64,000 nucleotides of DNA from an uncultured Erysipelotrichaceae bacterium (GTDB taxonomy: Bacteria; Bacillota_I; Bacilli_A; RFN20; CAG-826), in contig CADCLU010000006.1 of assembly GCA_902802355.1 (NCBI GenBank), positions 31,759-95,758 on the forward strand. Direction: 5' to 3'. This document shows positions 28,652-38,032 of this stretch, one piece after another. A model generated the notes under the pieces. That model saw only the letters and a program-made list of their open reading frames with translations. It ran no database searches and was not told the origin of the DNA. The position numbers and the translations under genes are program-made. Position 1 is the first letter of the stretch; each line of letters begins with the position of its first letter.

Positions 28652-30475
28652 TTAGTTCTTTTTATTTCGGTTGAGACGTTCTCTTTGTCTGGCGGCGAAG
28701 TCTTTTAGCGCCGCTCCGGCTTTACGAGGATCCGTCGTAGGGTTCTTGATGGCCTTGGCGGTTTGTTCGCAATCGTAGAGCCTGTCTTTCTCATCTTTAA
28801 TGACCTTTATTACTTCTTGCATCCCTTGGTCGGAGTAAGGAGGGTAATAACGTTCGGAGGATATTTCCGTGATACGGCCGATGAGAGTGTCGGCCTCTTC
28901 GTCCGAGGCATTCTCGATGTCGTTGATAAGCAATGGCAACGTAACGCTTTCTTTTCGCGACTCTTGGTAATCGACGATGTAGTTAGCGATCGAGTTATAG
29001 ACCGATGTGTAGAAATTACCGACCTCATCCTCGAAGTACTTAACGGCTTTCATCTCGTTAAGCATGTAATAGAGAGCCTGTCTTTCTGCCCTCAGAAGCC
29101 TCTTTTCGATGAGTTTCTCAGGGTGGAGTCTTGAGAAGTCGAGTTCGTCTACGGCGATGCTCGTTTCCTCCTCGTCCTCTTTGCTTATGACTTTCTTATT
29201 GATTTGGATTCTGATCGCTTCCGCCTCATAGCCTGTGGCTTTTGAGAGTTTTGCGATGTAATTGTCTCGGTCTATTCCAGCTGGGACGTTACGGAGGAAC
29301 TTGATGAAGTAAAGCATGACTTTACGGCGTTCTTCCGGTGTCTCAAGCTTTTTGACGTTGAGGTAATAGTTGATTTGGAAGTCCATCGCATCGACGAGAT
29401 GTGACATGGCTTCTTTAAGGGCTTCTGGCCCGCTTTCCTGAAGAATGTCGTCAGGATCGCGAAGGTCTTTAGGATTGCTGACCAGACGATAAGGCAAACC
29501 GGCGGCATTGAGCTGGGTGATGATCTTCATCATGCCGATCTGGCCGGCATTATCACCGTCAAGGCAGAGTCTGATTTCACAGTTGAGTTTCCTCAAAAGT
29601 GCGATTTGGTCGGCAGATAACGCAGTTCCCATGAGAGCGACTGCGCTAGATATGCCAGCCTTATCGAGGGCCATGACATCCATGAATCCTTCAAGGACAT
29701 AGACGTAACCGTCATGGCGCGCGCTACCTTTGACGTTGTGATAGTTGTAGAGAATCTTTCCTTTATGGAAGATAGGAGTCTCTGGTGAGTTGACGTATTT
29801 CGGATTCTGCTCTTCGCTGAGTTTTCTGGCGCTGAAACCGACGACTTGGCCATTAGGGTCGCATAACGGGAAGATAAGTCTTCCGGCATTGGCGTCTTTG
29901 GCGTTCGCGCTGGCTAAAGCGATGCCGATATCCTCAATCGATTTGAGCGAATGCCCATGGGCAAGAAGGAATTCAATCGTCTTTCTTCCATCTGATAAGG
30001 AATAGCCAATCTTGTATTTCTTGACCTGGGCATCATCGATATTCCTTTTGGCTAAATAGTCTTTGGCTATCTTGCCCTCAGGGATATTGAGGTCGTATTC
30101 GTAGAATTTTTGAAGATCGTTGATGCAGTTATATAAAGGCTGAATGGTCGGGTCTTTCTTTGGAACAAAGGCCTCTTTTATGAGTCTTTCGTCATGGAAG
30201 CCGACGATATCGGCTACCTTGCGAACTGCCTCATTGTAGGAAATCTTCTCGTATTTGGAGACGAATGTGATGGCGTTTCCAGCCGTTCCGCAGACAAAGC
30301 ATTTGAAGATCTGCCTTTCTGGGGAGATGGACAAGCTAGGATGTTTGTCATCATGAAAAGGACAAAGGGCCATGTAGTTGCGACCCTTTTTGGTAACCGG
30401 GATGTAAGCCTTGATGACATCGACGATATCGGTTTGGGCCAATAACGCTGCGATGAGTTCAGGTGAATAAGCCAT
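28652..30475 (-). CDS. dnaG: DNA primase
   Basis: It has the zinc finger [13 protein letters not shown]...CFVCG and a Toprim domain (EGFMDV...DGDNAG). Confidence 0.92.
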   Translation of the reverse strand: MAYSPELIAALLAQTDIVDVIKAYIPVTKKGRNYMALCPFHDDKHPSLSISPERQIFKCFVCGTAGNAITFVSKYEKISYNEAVRKVADIVGFHDERLIKEAFVPKKDPTIQPLYNCINDLQKFYEYDLNIPEGKIAKDYLAKRNIDDAQVKKYKIGYSLSDGRKTIEFLLAHGHSLKSIEDIGIALASANAKDANAGRLIFPLCDPNGQVVGFSARKLSEEQNPKYVNSPETPIFHKGKILYNYHNVKGSARHDGYVYVLEGFMDVMALDKAGISSAVALMGTALSADQIALLRKLNCEIRLCLDGDNAGQIGMMKIITQLNAAGLPYRLVSNPKDLRDPDDILQESGPEALKEAMSHLVDAMDFQINYYLNVKKLETPEERRKVMLYFIKFLRNVPAGIDRDNYIAKLSKATGYEAEAIRIQINKKVISKEDEEETSIAVDELDFSRLHPEKLIEKRLLRAERQALYYMLNEMKAVKYFEDEVGNFYTSVYNSIANYIVDYQESRKESVTLPLLINDIENASDEEADTLIGRITEISSERYYPPYSDQGMQEVIKVIKDEKDRLYDCEQTAKAIKNPTTDPRKAGAALKDFAARQRERLNRNKKN

Positions 30476-30497
30476 CGATTGCCTCCTTTAAGCGGTC

Positions 30498-31877
30498 TTA
30501 GAATACGAATTTCTCTTCAAAGTATTTGACGAGTTCATCGATAGGCATGCGGATTTGCTGCATGGTATCGCGATCACGGATGGTGACGGTGTTGTTCTCA
30601 AGTGTATCGAAGTCAACGGTGACACAGAATGGGGTTCCGATTTCGTCCTGGCGGCGATAACGCTTGCCGATTGAACCGGTGACGTCATAGGTGACTTGGA
30701 AGTGTTTATTGAGGACGGAGAGAACCTCTTTGGATTTCTCTTCGAGTTTCTTGGATAAAGGAAGAACGGCGACTTTGTATGGGGCAAGAGCTGGGTTGAT
30801 GTGCATGACGGTACGGACATCTCCACCTTCTAAAGCCTCTTCGTCGTAGCTATCCATAAGGACCATGAGGATGAGTCGGTCAAGACCCATGGATGGTTCG
30901 ATGACGTAAGGGATGTATTTCTCGTTGGTCTCAGGATCGAAATAGCTCATATCCTCTTTGCTATATTCCTGATGGCGCTTCAAATCGTAGTCGGTTCTAT
31001 CGGCGACACCGAGGATTTCTCCCCAACCGAGATCCGGGAAATCGTACTCAACATCGGTGGTTGCTTTGGAGTAGAAAGCAAGCTCGGCTGGCTCATGGTC
31101 GCGGAAACGGAGGTTCTCGGCTTTCGGTCCGAGGCTCTCGACGAACTTAAGGCAGTAGTCTTTCCAGTAAGCGAACCACTCAAGGTCGGTTCCTGGCTTG
31201 CAGAAGAATTCCATTTCCATCTGATCGAATTCACGGATACGGAAAGTGAAGTTCCCTGGGGTAATTTCATTACGGAAGCTCTTACCAGTCTGGCAGATGC
31301 CGAACGGGAGTTTCTTTCTTTGGGTACGCTGGACGTTCTTGAAGTTGACGAAGACGCCTTGAGCGGTCTCTGGACGGAGATAGACGACGCTGCTGCTGTC
31401 TTCGGTGACACCAATGTGAGTCTTGAACATCATGTTGAACTTACGGATTGGGGTGAAATCGGCCTTTCCGCAAACTGGGCACTTAACCTCGTGCTCTTTG
31501 ATGAACTGATCCATCTGCTCGAAGGTCATGTTGTCGACATCGGCATCTGGGAACTCGGATTTGATGAGTTCATCGGCACGGTGACGGGCTTTGCAAGCCT
31601 TGCAGTCGACCATTGGATCATTGAAGGTGGTAACGTGTCCGGTAGCTTCCCAAACGCGTGGATTCATGAGGATACCAGCATCGATGCCGACGTTGGTTGG
31701 GGATTCCTGAACGAATCTCTTCCACCAGGCCTCACGAATGTTCTTCTTGATCTCGGCGCCTAAAGGACCATAATCCCAGCTGTTCGATAAGCCTCCATAT
31801 ATCTGTGAACCTTGAAAAACATAACCCGTCTGTTGGAGATGGGTAGTAATTTTCTCAAATGAATACTTATTTGCCAT
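30498..31877 (-). CDS. glyQS: Glycyl-tRNA synthetase (single-chain, homodimeric alpha2 type)
   Basis: 459 aa containing [13 protein letters not shown]...WDYGPLG and class II motifs. Confidence 0.92.
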   Translation of the reverse strand: MANKYSFEKITTHLQQTGYVFQGSQIYGGLSNSWDYGPLGAEIKKNIREAWWKRFVQESPTNVGIDAGILMNPRVWEATGHVTTFNDPMVDCKACKARHRADELIKSEFPDADVDNMTFEQMDQFIKEHEVKCPVCGKADFTPIRKFNMMFKTHIGVTEDSSSVVYLRPETAQGVFVNFKNVQRTQRKKLPFGICQTGKSFRNEITPGNFTFRIREFDQMEMEFFCKPGTDLEWFAYWKDYCLKFVESLGPKAENLRFRDHEPAELAFYSKATTDVEYDFPDLGWGEILGVADRTDYDLKRHQEYSKEDMSYFDPETNEKYIPYVIEPSMGLDRLILMVLMDSYDEEALEGGDVRTVMHINPALAPYKVAVLPLSKKLEEKSKEVLSVLNKHFQVTYDVTGSIGKRYRRQDEIGTPFCVTVDFDTLENNTVTIRDRDTMQQIRMPIDELVKYFEEKFVF

Positions 31878-31989
31878 ATTTTCCCTTTCGAATAAAAAAT
31901 CTCTCTACGAGAGCCACGCTATAATATGGGGCTTGACAAGATATAAAGTCAACCCTCTATGAGTGAACAAAAGTAATTTTAGTTAAGAA

Positions 31990-32709
31990 TTAAAGCAATT
32001 CAAGGCTTCTGAGCTTAACGCCGGTGAAATCCTCAACGTAATGAATGAGCTTCTTTAATAAAGAAAGGCTCTCTTTGGCCTCAAAGTTGACGCGTAAAGC
32101 ATCTTCTAGGCCGCACTTGAAACAGAACCTTAGGATTTTGAGGTCTCTAGCGGACATTTTCGAACTAGGTGAAGCGCAATCTCCGCAGACAAAACCGCCT
32201 TCGTTAAAGGAAACGCCGACGATATTGGTCTTTTTGCCACAAACGACGCACTCATTAACCTCTAATCCGTAGCCGATGACGGAGAGTAAATGGCAGAAAT
32301 AGATAAGCGCGCTCGAGATTTCTTTCCCCCTCTCCTTGATGTTTTCAATCGTTTGATCGAGCCAAGGATAAAGGGCGCTGGCTTCTTCCTCGGAGACGAG
32401 CTTGACGCTGATTTCGCTAAGGAAACTGAAAATGGCTAATCTGGTTAAATCGCCTTTGCCATCTGGAAGAGAGATAACCTCGCTTTCCGAAAGGGCGAAA
32501 CCACCGTTCTTTTGTTCGGCCAAGGAGAACTTGGCTTTGGAAAAAAGCTGGCATGAAGCGAAGTTTTTGCTGGTGTTTTTCTGAACGCCTCTACCTAAAA
32601 AAGAAAAGAGACCGTCAGACGATAAAACGCTGACCATGGCGTCACTTTCCTTATATGGGGATGAACGAAGGACAAAGCCTTCGATGTTCTTAATTGTCTT
32701 CTCTGCCAT
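31990..32709 (-). CDS. recO: DNA repair protein RecO
   Basis: 239 aa with an OB fold and the zinc motif CVVCG...CGDC. It sits downstream of era. Confidence 0.85.
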   Translation of the reverse strand: MAEKTIKNIEGFVLRSSPYKESDAMVSVLSSDGLFSFLGRGVQKNTSKNFASCQLFSKAKFSLAEQKNGGFALSESEVISLPDGKGDLTRLAIFSFLSEISVKLVSEEEASALYPWLDQTIENIKERGKEISSALIYFCHLLSVIGYGLEVNECVVCGKKTNIVGVSFNEGGFVCGDCASPSSKMSARDLKILRFCFKCGLEDALRVNFEAKESLSLLKKLIHYVEDFTGVKLRSLELL

Positions 32710-33574
32710 ATCCTAGTTTTTGGAGTTTGCGAGGATCGTTTCTCCATCCAGGGACACATTCGACACGGCAGATAAGGGTGACATGGGATTGCCACATCTT
32801 CTCAAGGTTATGGCGGGTGCTCATGGAGATCTTCTTGATCATGTCGCCGCCTTTGCCGATGATGATGGCCTTATGGCCTTCTTTCTCGGCTACGATTGTA
32901 GCTTTGATGAAGATGCCGCCGTCTTTCTCTTCATAAGAGGTAATCTCAACAGCGCATTCGTGAGGAATCTCATCTTTGAGGAAACGGAGAAGTTCCTCTC
33001 TGATTGCTTCTTTGGCCATGAATGGTTTGTCTTTGTCGGTGATAACGTCTTCTGGGTAGTATGGCAAACCTTCAGAAAGGTGTGCCATCACTGCGTTTTT
33101 GATATCTTTCAAACCAAAGTTGGTTTTAGCGGAGATCTGAATCTTTTCGTAATTTGGATATTTCTCGTTGTAGTGAGCCAAGAGAGCTTCCATCTGCTCG
33201 ACTCTAACGTCATCAATCTTATTGAAAAGAAGAATGATTGGGGCATCGCTCTTGATTGAGGCGAGCGTCTCATCGTCTTTCGAGTAGTTCTTGGAAGTCG
33301 AATCGATGACATAAAGTATGACGTCAACGCCGGACATCGATCTGCGGGCGCTCTTCTCCATCATCTGATAGAGAGCTTCGTCGCCCGGGAAAAGCCCTGG
33401 GGTGTCAATATAGACAATTTGAAGGTCTTTCTCGTTGTAGACTCCCATGATTGCGTCGCGGGTCGTCTGCGATTTAGATGTAACGATCGAAACTTTCTTC
33501 GAAAGAATAGCGTTGATTAAAGTGCTCTTCCCAACGTTTGGAAGGCCGAGGATGGATACGAATCCGACTTTCAT
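32690..33574 (-). CDS. era: GTPase Era
   Basis: It has GLPNVGKST, DTPG, NKID and a KH domain. Confidence 0.93.
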   Translation of the reverse strand: MKVGFVSILGLPNVGKSTLINAILSKKVSIVTSKSQTTRDAIMGVYNEKDLQIVYIDTPGLFPGDEALYQMMEKSARRSMSGVDVILYVIDSTSKNYSKDDETLASIKSDAPIILLFNKIDDVRVEQMEALLAHYNEKYPNYEKIQISAKTNFGLKDIKNAVMAHLSEGLPYYPEDVITDKDKPFMAKEAIREELLRFLKDEIPHECAVEITSYEEKDGGIFIKATIVAEKEGHKAIIIGKGGDMIKKISMSTRHNLEKMWQSHVTLICRVECVPGWRNDPRKLQKLGYGREDN

Positions 33575-34035
33575 TTTTTATCTCCTACAAGGCCGAGGAT
33601 CATCTCTTGAAGAGGGAACATTATGGCCTCGTCTTCTGGTGTCATGTGGTCATAGCCAAGCAAATGGAGAAGGCCGTGCGTGAAAAGGAATGACAGCTCA
33701 CGTTCTAAAGAATTGCCAATCTCAGTGGCCTGACGCTTGGCTTGCGGCAGACAAATGAGGATTTCTCCGAGCATTTTCTGCACGTCTAAGGAATTGATTT
33801 GATCTTTCGGGTCCTTATCGTCATTGAAGGCGAAAGAAATGACATCGGTTACGCGATCGACGTTCCTATAGTCCCTGTTAACCTGATGAATAGTCTCATC
33901 GTCGACGAGGGAAACGTCGACTTCATAATTCTCTTTGATGTTGAGGTAAGAGAAAGCGACCTTTGCGATTTCGGTGTATCTTCCCTCTAACCAGTCAAAG
34001 TCTTTTCCGTAAGGATTATCAAAAACAACTTCCAT
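33571..34035 (-). CDS. ybeY: rRNA maturation endoribonuclease YbeY
   Basis: It has the HGLLHLLGYDH zinc motif. ATGA overlap with era. Confidence 0.92.
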   Translation of the reverse strand: MEVVFDNPYGKDFDWLEGRYTEIAKVAFSYLNIKENYEVDVSLVDDETIHQVNRDYRNVDRVTDVISFAFNDDKDPKDQINSLDVQKMLGEILICLPQAKRQATEIGNSLERELSFLFTHGLLHLLGYDHMTPEDEAIMFPLQEMILGLVGDKK

Positions 34036-34073
34036 ATCGGCAATACTTTAGCACATGAGGAGGCAAGATAAAA

Positions 34074-35281
34074 TTATCTTGAACCTTCTTTTTTGACAAA
34101 ATTCTCACAGAAATAGACGTACGCCCTTTGTCGGTCGCACCTGTTCTCGAAGAAATTGAGGAGAGACCTTATTCCTTGACCAAGGCCTAAGAGGCCAAAG
34201 AAATGGAAAAGGAAGTAATTAATGGTGAGGTTGTCACTCATTAAGGCTGGGATAAAAGCCAAGCCAATTGCCACTGCCATATAGATGATCTGGATGTATG
34301 TGGCCCCTTCGCCAATTTGAAAAGCTTCGTTGTTGATGTTGGCCATTTTCTTGAGCTGTTCGTGGATGGAATCCCTTCCTTTTAGAAGGCTTTCCTCGGC
34401 AATCACGAGCTCTTCCTTCTTCTTAACCGCCTTCTTCCTGAATATCTGGCTTTCGAGTGCAAGATAGACGGTCAAGCCAATTGCGGAAACATAGAAAATG
34501 GGTCATTCAAACCAAAGAGGAAAGACAGGCCAAAGACCACGCTTATGCCTTCGATAACGGACATAACCGCAGGGAATGTTGAGCTCTTGAAAGCGTAGTA
34601 ACGCTCGTAATTCTTAGCCAGCTTCTTTTTAGATGTTGAAGGGACGCACTTAAGCCATTTCTTATCAAACCTTTTGCTGAAGAATCCGCTGATCAGTCTT
34701 GAGCCAACACTCAAAAGACCATAAAGCGCCAAAAGGGCTGCGGTTAGGATATACGAATCCTCTTTTCCTAATAAATATAGAGCGAAGTATAGTGCAGTTA
34801 TTCCTAGGAGCGAGGAAATCGCGCTCAAAAAGAAACCCGTCTTAGGAAATATCTTCGGCTTCGAATAAGGACAATTCTCCTCGCTGAAAAGAACAGCTTC
34901 GCCGTAGATGCAGGAGAACCTCTTCACCACCTCCTCTTTCTTGATCCATTTCTTGCCAATAGCTGGATCATAAACGAGGAAACGGTCTTTCCTGGCTTTT
35001 CTTAGATAGACTAAATGCCCTTTCCCATCTCCTTTTAGGAGAATCAGCAAAGGAAACGTCGTAGCGGTCAGCAAATCTTCCTCCTTTAAGCAGCGCTTCC
35101 ACTGAATGTCGACGCCTTCTTTGAAAGCCATCTGTCGGATGTCTTCTAGCGAAAGATCCTCCTCCTTTTCGGAAGTCAGGTATCGGTAGCCTTTTTTCTT
35201 GGTCAAATCCAAGAGGAGCATTTTGAGGCTGGCAAGGCCACAGCCTTCCTCATCTCCCTGATAAACAAAAATTCCCATCAC
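34074..35281 (-). pseudogene. C39 (bacteriocin-processing) peptidase domain + ABC-exporter-like membrane domain, no ATPase domain, split by a 1-nt frameshift near 34490
   Basis: The N-terminus has YQGDEEGCGLASLKML (C39 Q/Cys motif) and GHLVYL...VYDPAIG (His/Asp), followed by TM helices. ORF 34472-35281 and ORF 34074-34475 join into one reading frame (..LFGLNDP|IFYVSAIGLTVYLAL..) if one base is added at the run CCCATTTT. The total span is 1208 nt, which is 3n+2. Confidence 0.6.
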
Positions 35282-35326
35282 TTTCTATATAGAGAGGAAG
35301 GGAATGTTTTTTCGTAAATTGGCAAT

Positions 35327-35353
35327 AAAAAATCCCTCGTTTTGCTGAGGGAT
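35327..35353 (-). terminator. Rho-independent terminator after rpsU
   Basis: Stem ATCCCTC / GAGGGAT, with a U-run on the minus strand. Confidence 0.75.
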
Positions 35354-35358
35354 GGTTT

Positions 35359-35535
35359 TTACCACTTTTTACGGCGGGCCATTTCGGACTTCATTTTTCT
35401 ACGAAGGCCGGTTTTGAGATAGAACTCTCTTTTTCTGGATTCGAGGAGAATGCCGCTCTTATTGACGCTTCTCTTGAAACGACGTAAGGCCTCATCGAGA
35501 TTTTCGCCTTCGCGAAGAACTGTTTTGACTGGCAT
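35359..35535 (-). CDS. rpsU: 30S ribosomal protein S21
   Basis: The sequence is [22 protein letters not shown].... I chose the second ATG, which gives a canonical S21 N-terminus. Confidence 0.9.
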   Translation of the reverse strand: MPVKTVLREGENLDEALRRFKRSVNKSGILLESRKREFYLKTGLRRKMKSEMARRKKW

Positions 35536-35611
35536 GGATGCATTCACCTCCTTTTTCGTGCTTCATTATTCTATCGAAGTGTAGGTGTTTTGCAACCTTT
35601 TTCAATTATTT

Positions 35612-35627
35612 AGTCACTTAAGTGACT
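35612..35627. repeat. Perfect 16-bp palindrome AGTCACTTAAGTGACT upstream of the GT2 gene (candidate operator)
   Basis: Read directly from the sequence. It lies 24 nt upstream of the ATG at 35651 and has no T-run, so it is unlikely to be a terminator. Confidence 0.45.
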
Positions 35628-35650
35628 GGTTTATATGCTATGATTACTGC

Positions 35651-36607
35651 ATGAATAAACCTGTCGTATCCATCATAATGCCTGTCTTTCGGAACAAAGA
35701 CACATTGGCCAGAGCCCTAGACTCTTTCCTTGAGCAAGATTTCGAAGAACCATCTGAGCTCATCATGGGAATAGATGATGCGAATGACGGCACTTTCGCC
35801 CTTGCCAAAGAGTATTCGGAGAAACACCCCGATAAGATCAAGATGCACACCGAGGACTACCGCATGGGTCAGGCTCTTTCCCGTTGGAAAGCCATCATGG
35901 ACAGCAAAGGTGAGTACATCTATTTCATGGATGCCGACGACAGACTAAGGAAAGACTGTTTGTCTACCTTGGTCAAAACGATGAGAAATACAGGTGCTGA
36001 CTGCGTTAATTGCTCTTTCTATCAAATTGATGAAAAAGAGAAAGAGAAGGCTTTCTTCTCCTCTTCGAGCGCCACATACAACAAAAAGGAAGCCATCACC
36101 GCTTTCCTTTGGGACATCTCTTTCCGCGGATTCCTTTGGACCAAAATGTGGAAGAGAGAAATCATCGAGAAGCGTCCGTTGCTTCTCCTCTCCGATCATA
36201 AAGACATGTTCGAGGATGTCGCCTTTTGCCTTTCGATGCTCTCCTATTGCGAGAAGATAGTCTGCATTAAAGATCCTCTCTACTATTACTACAAGAACGT
36301 CCCAACCAGCGCCATGAGCGTCCACCGCACCGACCGCGCAGAGAGACATCTTTGGGTTTTCGCTCTTATCAGAAGCTTTTTAGAGAAGAATGAAGACAAG
36401 AGTTTGGTTGAGGCTTTCAAGAAAACGACTTTCCGTTCCTACCTCTCACTTCTCTTCGATTTGTCTCTCGATAAAAAGTACGGCGCTACCAAAATCTATT
36501 TAAAGAATGTAAAGACAGAGTGGAAAGAACTCAAGAATCTAAAAAAGCCTCTTCCGCAATCTGGAAGAAGCTATACACCTCTGTTAGAAAGAGCGTGGCT
36601 CAAGTAA
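35651..36607 (+). CDS. Family 2 glycosyltransferase
   Basis: It has VSIIMPVFRNKD and a DDANDG/DADD-type DxD motif. I placed the start at the ATG at 35651. The track's upstream extension looks spurious. Confidence 0.8.
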   Translation: MNKPVVSIIMPVFRNKDTLARALDSFLEQDFEEPSELIMGIDDANDGTFALAKEYSEKHPDKIKMHTEDYRMGQALSRWKAIMDSKGEYIYFMDADDRLRKDCLSTLVKTMRNTGADCVNCSFYQIDEKEKEKAFFSSSSATYNKKEAITAFLWDISFRGFLWTKMWKREIIEKRPLLLLSDHKDMFEDVAFCLSMLSYCEKIVCIKDPLYYYYKNVPTSAMSVHRTDRAERHLWVFALIRSFLEKNEDKSLVEAFKKTTFRSYLSLLFDLSLDKKYGATKIYLKNVKTEWKELKNLKKPLPQSGRSYTPLLERAWLK

Positions 36608-37609
36608 TCATTTAAGGAGGCTCTCGTAAGCCTCTTTTAATTTGCCGCCGACGATCTTAAGCGTTCTTTCCTCAACGACTTTGTAGCCTGCGTCGAGGAT
36701 GGCTTGGTCTTCGCCATTCTTTAATAACGAATCAATGGTTTTGATAAAGCCTTCATTATCTTTCTCGATGTGGGCGTTCACTTTGTCTTTGAGCCATGGG
36801 ACATAGACGCCGATGTCGCGCACAACAAGCGGGCAATGACTCGCTAAAGCCTCTAAGACCACTATTCCTTCCGTTTCTTCTAAAGAAGGGAAGAATAAGC
36901 AAGCGGCTTGCTGATAAGCGCCATGGATTAAATCGCCCTTGCAGTATCCGGCCATGATGGCGTTCTCTGGACGATTCTTAACCCAGACTTTGACCTTATG
37001 GTTGGTGAGAATCTTTTGGAGAGCGCCGAACCAAATGAATTTGACATCTGGGAATGCCCTAGCGACTTCAAAGAAGTCTTTGATGCCTTTTCTCTCGAAT
37101 GGGAAGCCAACACCCATGACAAATTTTTCGCCTTCTTTGATACCAAACTTCTCTCTGAAAGCCTTCTGGGCATCGAGATTTTCGGCATATTCCTCTAAGT
37201 CGATGCCATTAGAGATATCGATGACCTTTTTGACGAAACCATAACCCTCAATAAGACCTTTGGAATATGGCGTTGGTGTAATAACAAGGTCCGCGCGTGA
37301 ATACATACGCCTGATGCGGGAGTTATAGAAAGGCGCGACAAGCTGCCAGGCCTTGAATGAGTTTCTGAAATCCTCGAAGGTGGAGTGCCCGTGAACGATG
37401 ACGGGAATCCCCTTCTTCTTGCATTTTCTTAAGACGGCACCGCTCTTAGCCCAAAGGGTATTGATATGGGCGATATCATAGCTATCCTTAGGATTTAGAG
37501 TATATTCGATGCCTTGGCTTTCAAGGGCACGGATCTGATGGCTTAAAGCACGGCCGATGCCGCTTGTCTTGATTGCCTCTTGGCCTTCGAAATAAAGTAG
37601 GACTTTCAT
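36608..37609 (-). CDS. GT4-family (GT-B) glycosyltransferase, glycolipid-synthase-like
   Basis: 333 aa with the EETEGIVVLEA (E-x7-E) motif. Its size and type resemble diacylglycerol glycosyltransferases of wall-less and low-GC bacteria; this part is inference. Confidence 0.7.
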   Translation of the reverse strand: MKVLLYFEGQEAIKTSGIGRALSHQIRALESQGIEYTLNPKDSYDIAHINTLWAKSGAVLRKCKKKGIPVIVHGHSTFEDFRNSFKAWQLVAPFYNSRIRRMYSRADLVITPTPYSKGLIEGYGFVKKVIDISNGIDLEEYAENLDAQKAFREKFGIKEGEKFVMGVGFPFERKGIKDFFEVARAFPDVKFIWFGALQKILTNHKVKVWVKNRPENAIMAGYCKGDLIHGAYQQAACLFFPSLEETEGIVVLEALASHCPLVVRDIGVYVPWLKDKVNAHIEKDNEGFIKTIDSLLKNGEDQAILDAGYKVVEERTLKIVGGKLKEAYESLLK

Positions 37610-37638
37610 ATCTATAACTATAAGCGTTTTTTATTTAA

Positions 37639-37665
37639 TAAAAAAGGCGCTCAACGAGGAGCGCC
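37639..37665 (-). terminator. Rho-independent terminator after rpmF
   Basis: Stem GGCGCTC / GAGCGCC, with a U-run on the minus strand. Confidence 0.8.
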
Positions 37666-37682
37666 ATTAAATCGAAGATAGA

Positions 37683-37868
37683 TTATTCGCCTTTTTTGAG
37701 GTGAAGGATATCCTTACCATCGTAATAGCCACATTCTGGGCAAACGTGGTGAGGTCTGACCATTGAGCCACAGTGGCTGCACTGAACGAGCGCCGGGGCT
37801 GCAAGGTTGAAATGAGTTCTTCTTTTTCTCTTAGCTGTTTTACCAGTTCTTCTCTGCGGGACTGCCAT
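37683..37868 (-). CDS. rpmF: 50S ribosomal protein L32
   Basis: It begins MAVPQRRTGKTAKRKRRTH and has the zinc ribbon CSHCG...CPECG. Confidence 0.93.
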   Translation of the reverse strand: MAVPQRRTGKTAKRKRRTHFNLAAPALVQCSHCGSMVRPHHVCPECGYYDGKDILHLKKGE

Positions 37869-37898
37869 TATTCGATCCTCCTTTGTTGGACTTGCATA

Positions 37899-37926
37899 AT
37901 TATAAAGAAGGGTTCCCTATAGTCAA
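37899..37926 (-). promoter_or_regulatory. Sigma-A-type promoter for rpmF
   Basis: On the minus strand: TTGACT, 16 nt, TATAAT. SD AAAGGAGG lies downstream. Confidence 0.65.
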
Positions 37927-38032
37927 ATTATTTTTGGTCAATGTCATAATTTTTCCGTAAAGTGTCGATAGTTTCTTATGTGGTTTTCGTTACACTTCAC
38001 TTAAAAAGTATGACAATCATCGAGCAAAATGA

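Noticed and set aside
27766-28708. Long plus-strand ORFs (226 and 254 aa) antisense to sigA. Similar long antisense ORFs lie opposite glyQS (30972-31763), hrcA (45364-46125), the Fic-like gene (47610-48425), dnaK (43100-43895) and others.
   Set aside because: They sit fully inside well-supported genes on the other strand. Their translations are low-complexity or repetitive with no start context or recognisable motifs. They are shadow ORFs caused by sense-strand codon bias (few TTA/CTA/TCA codons).
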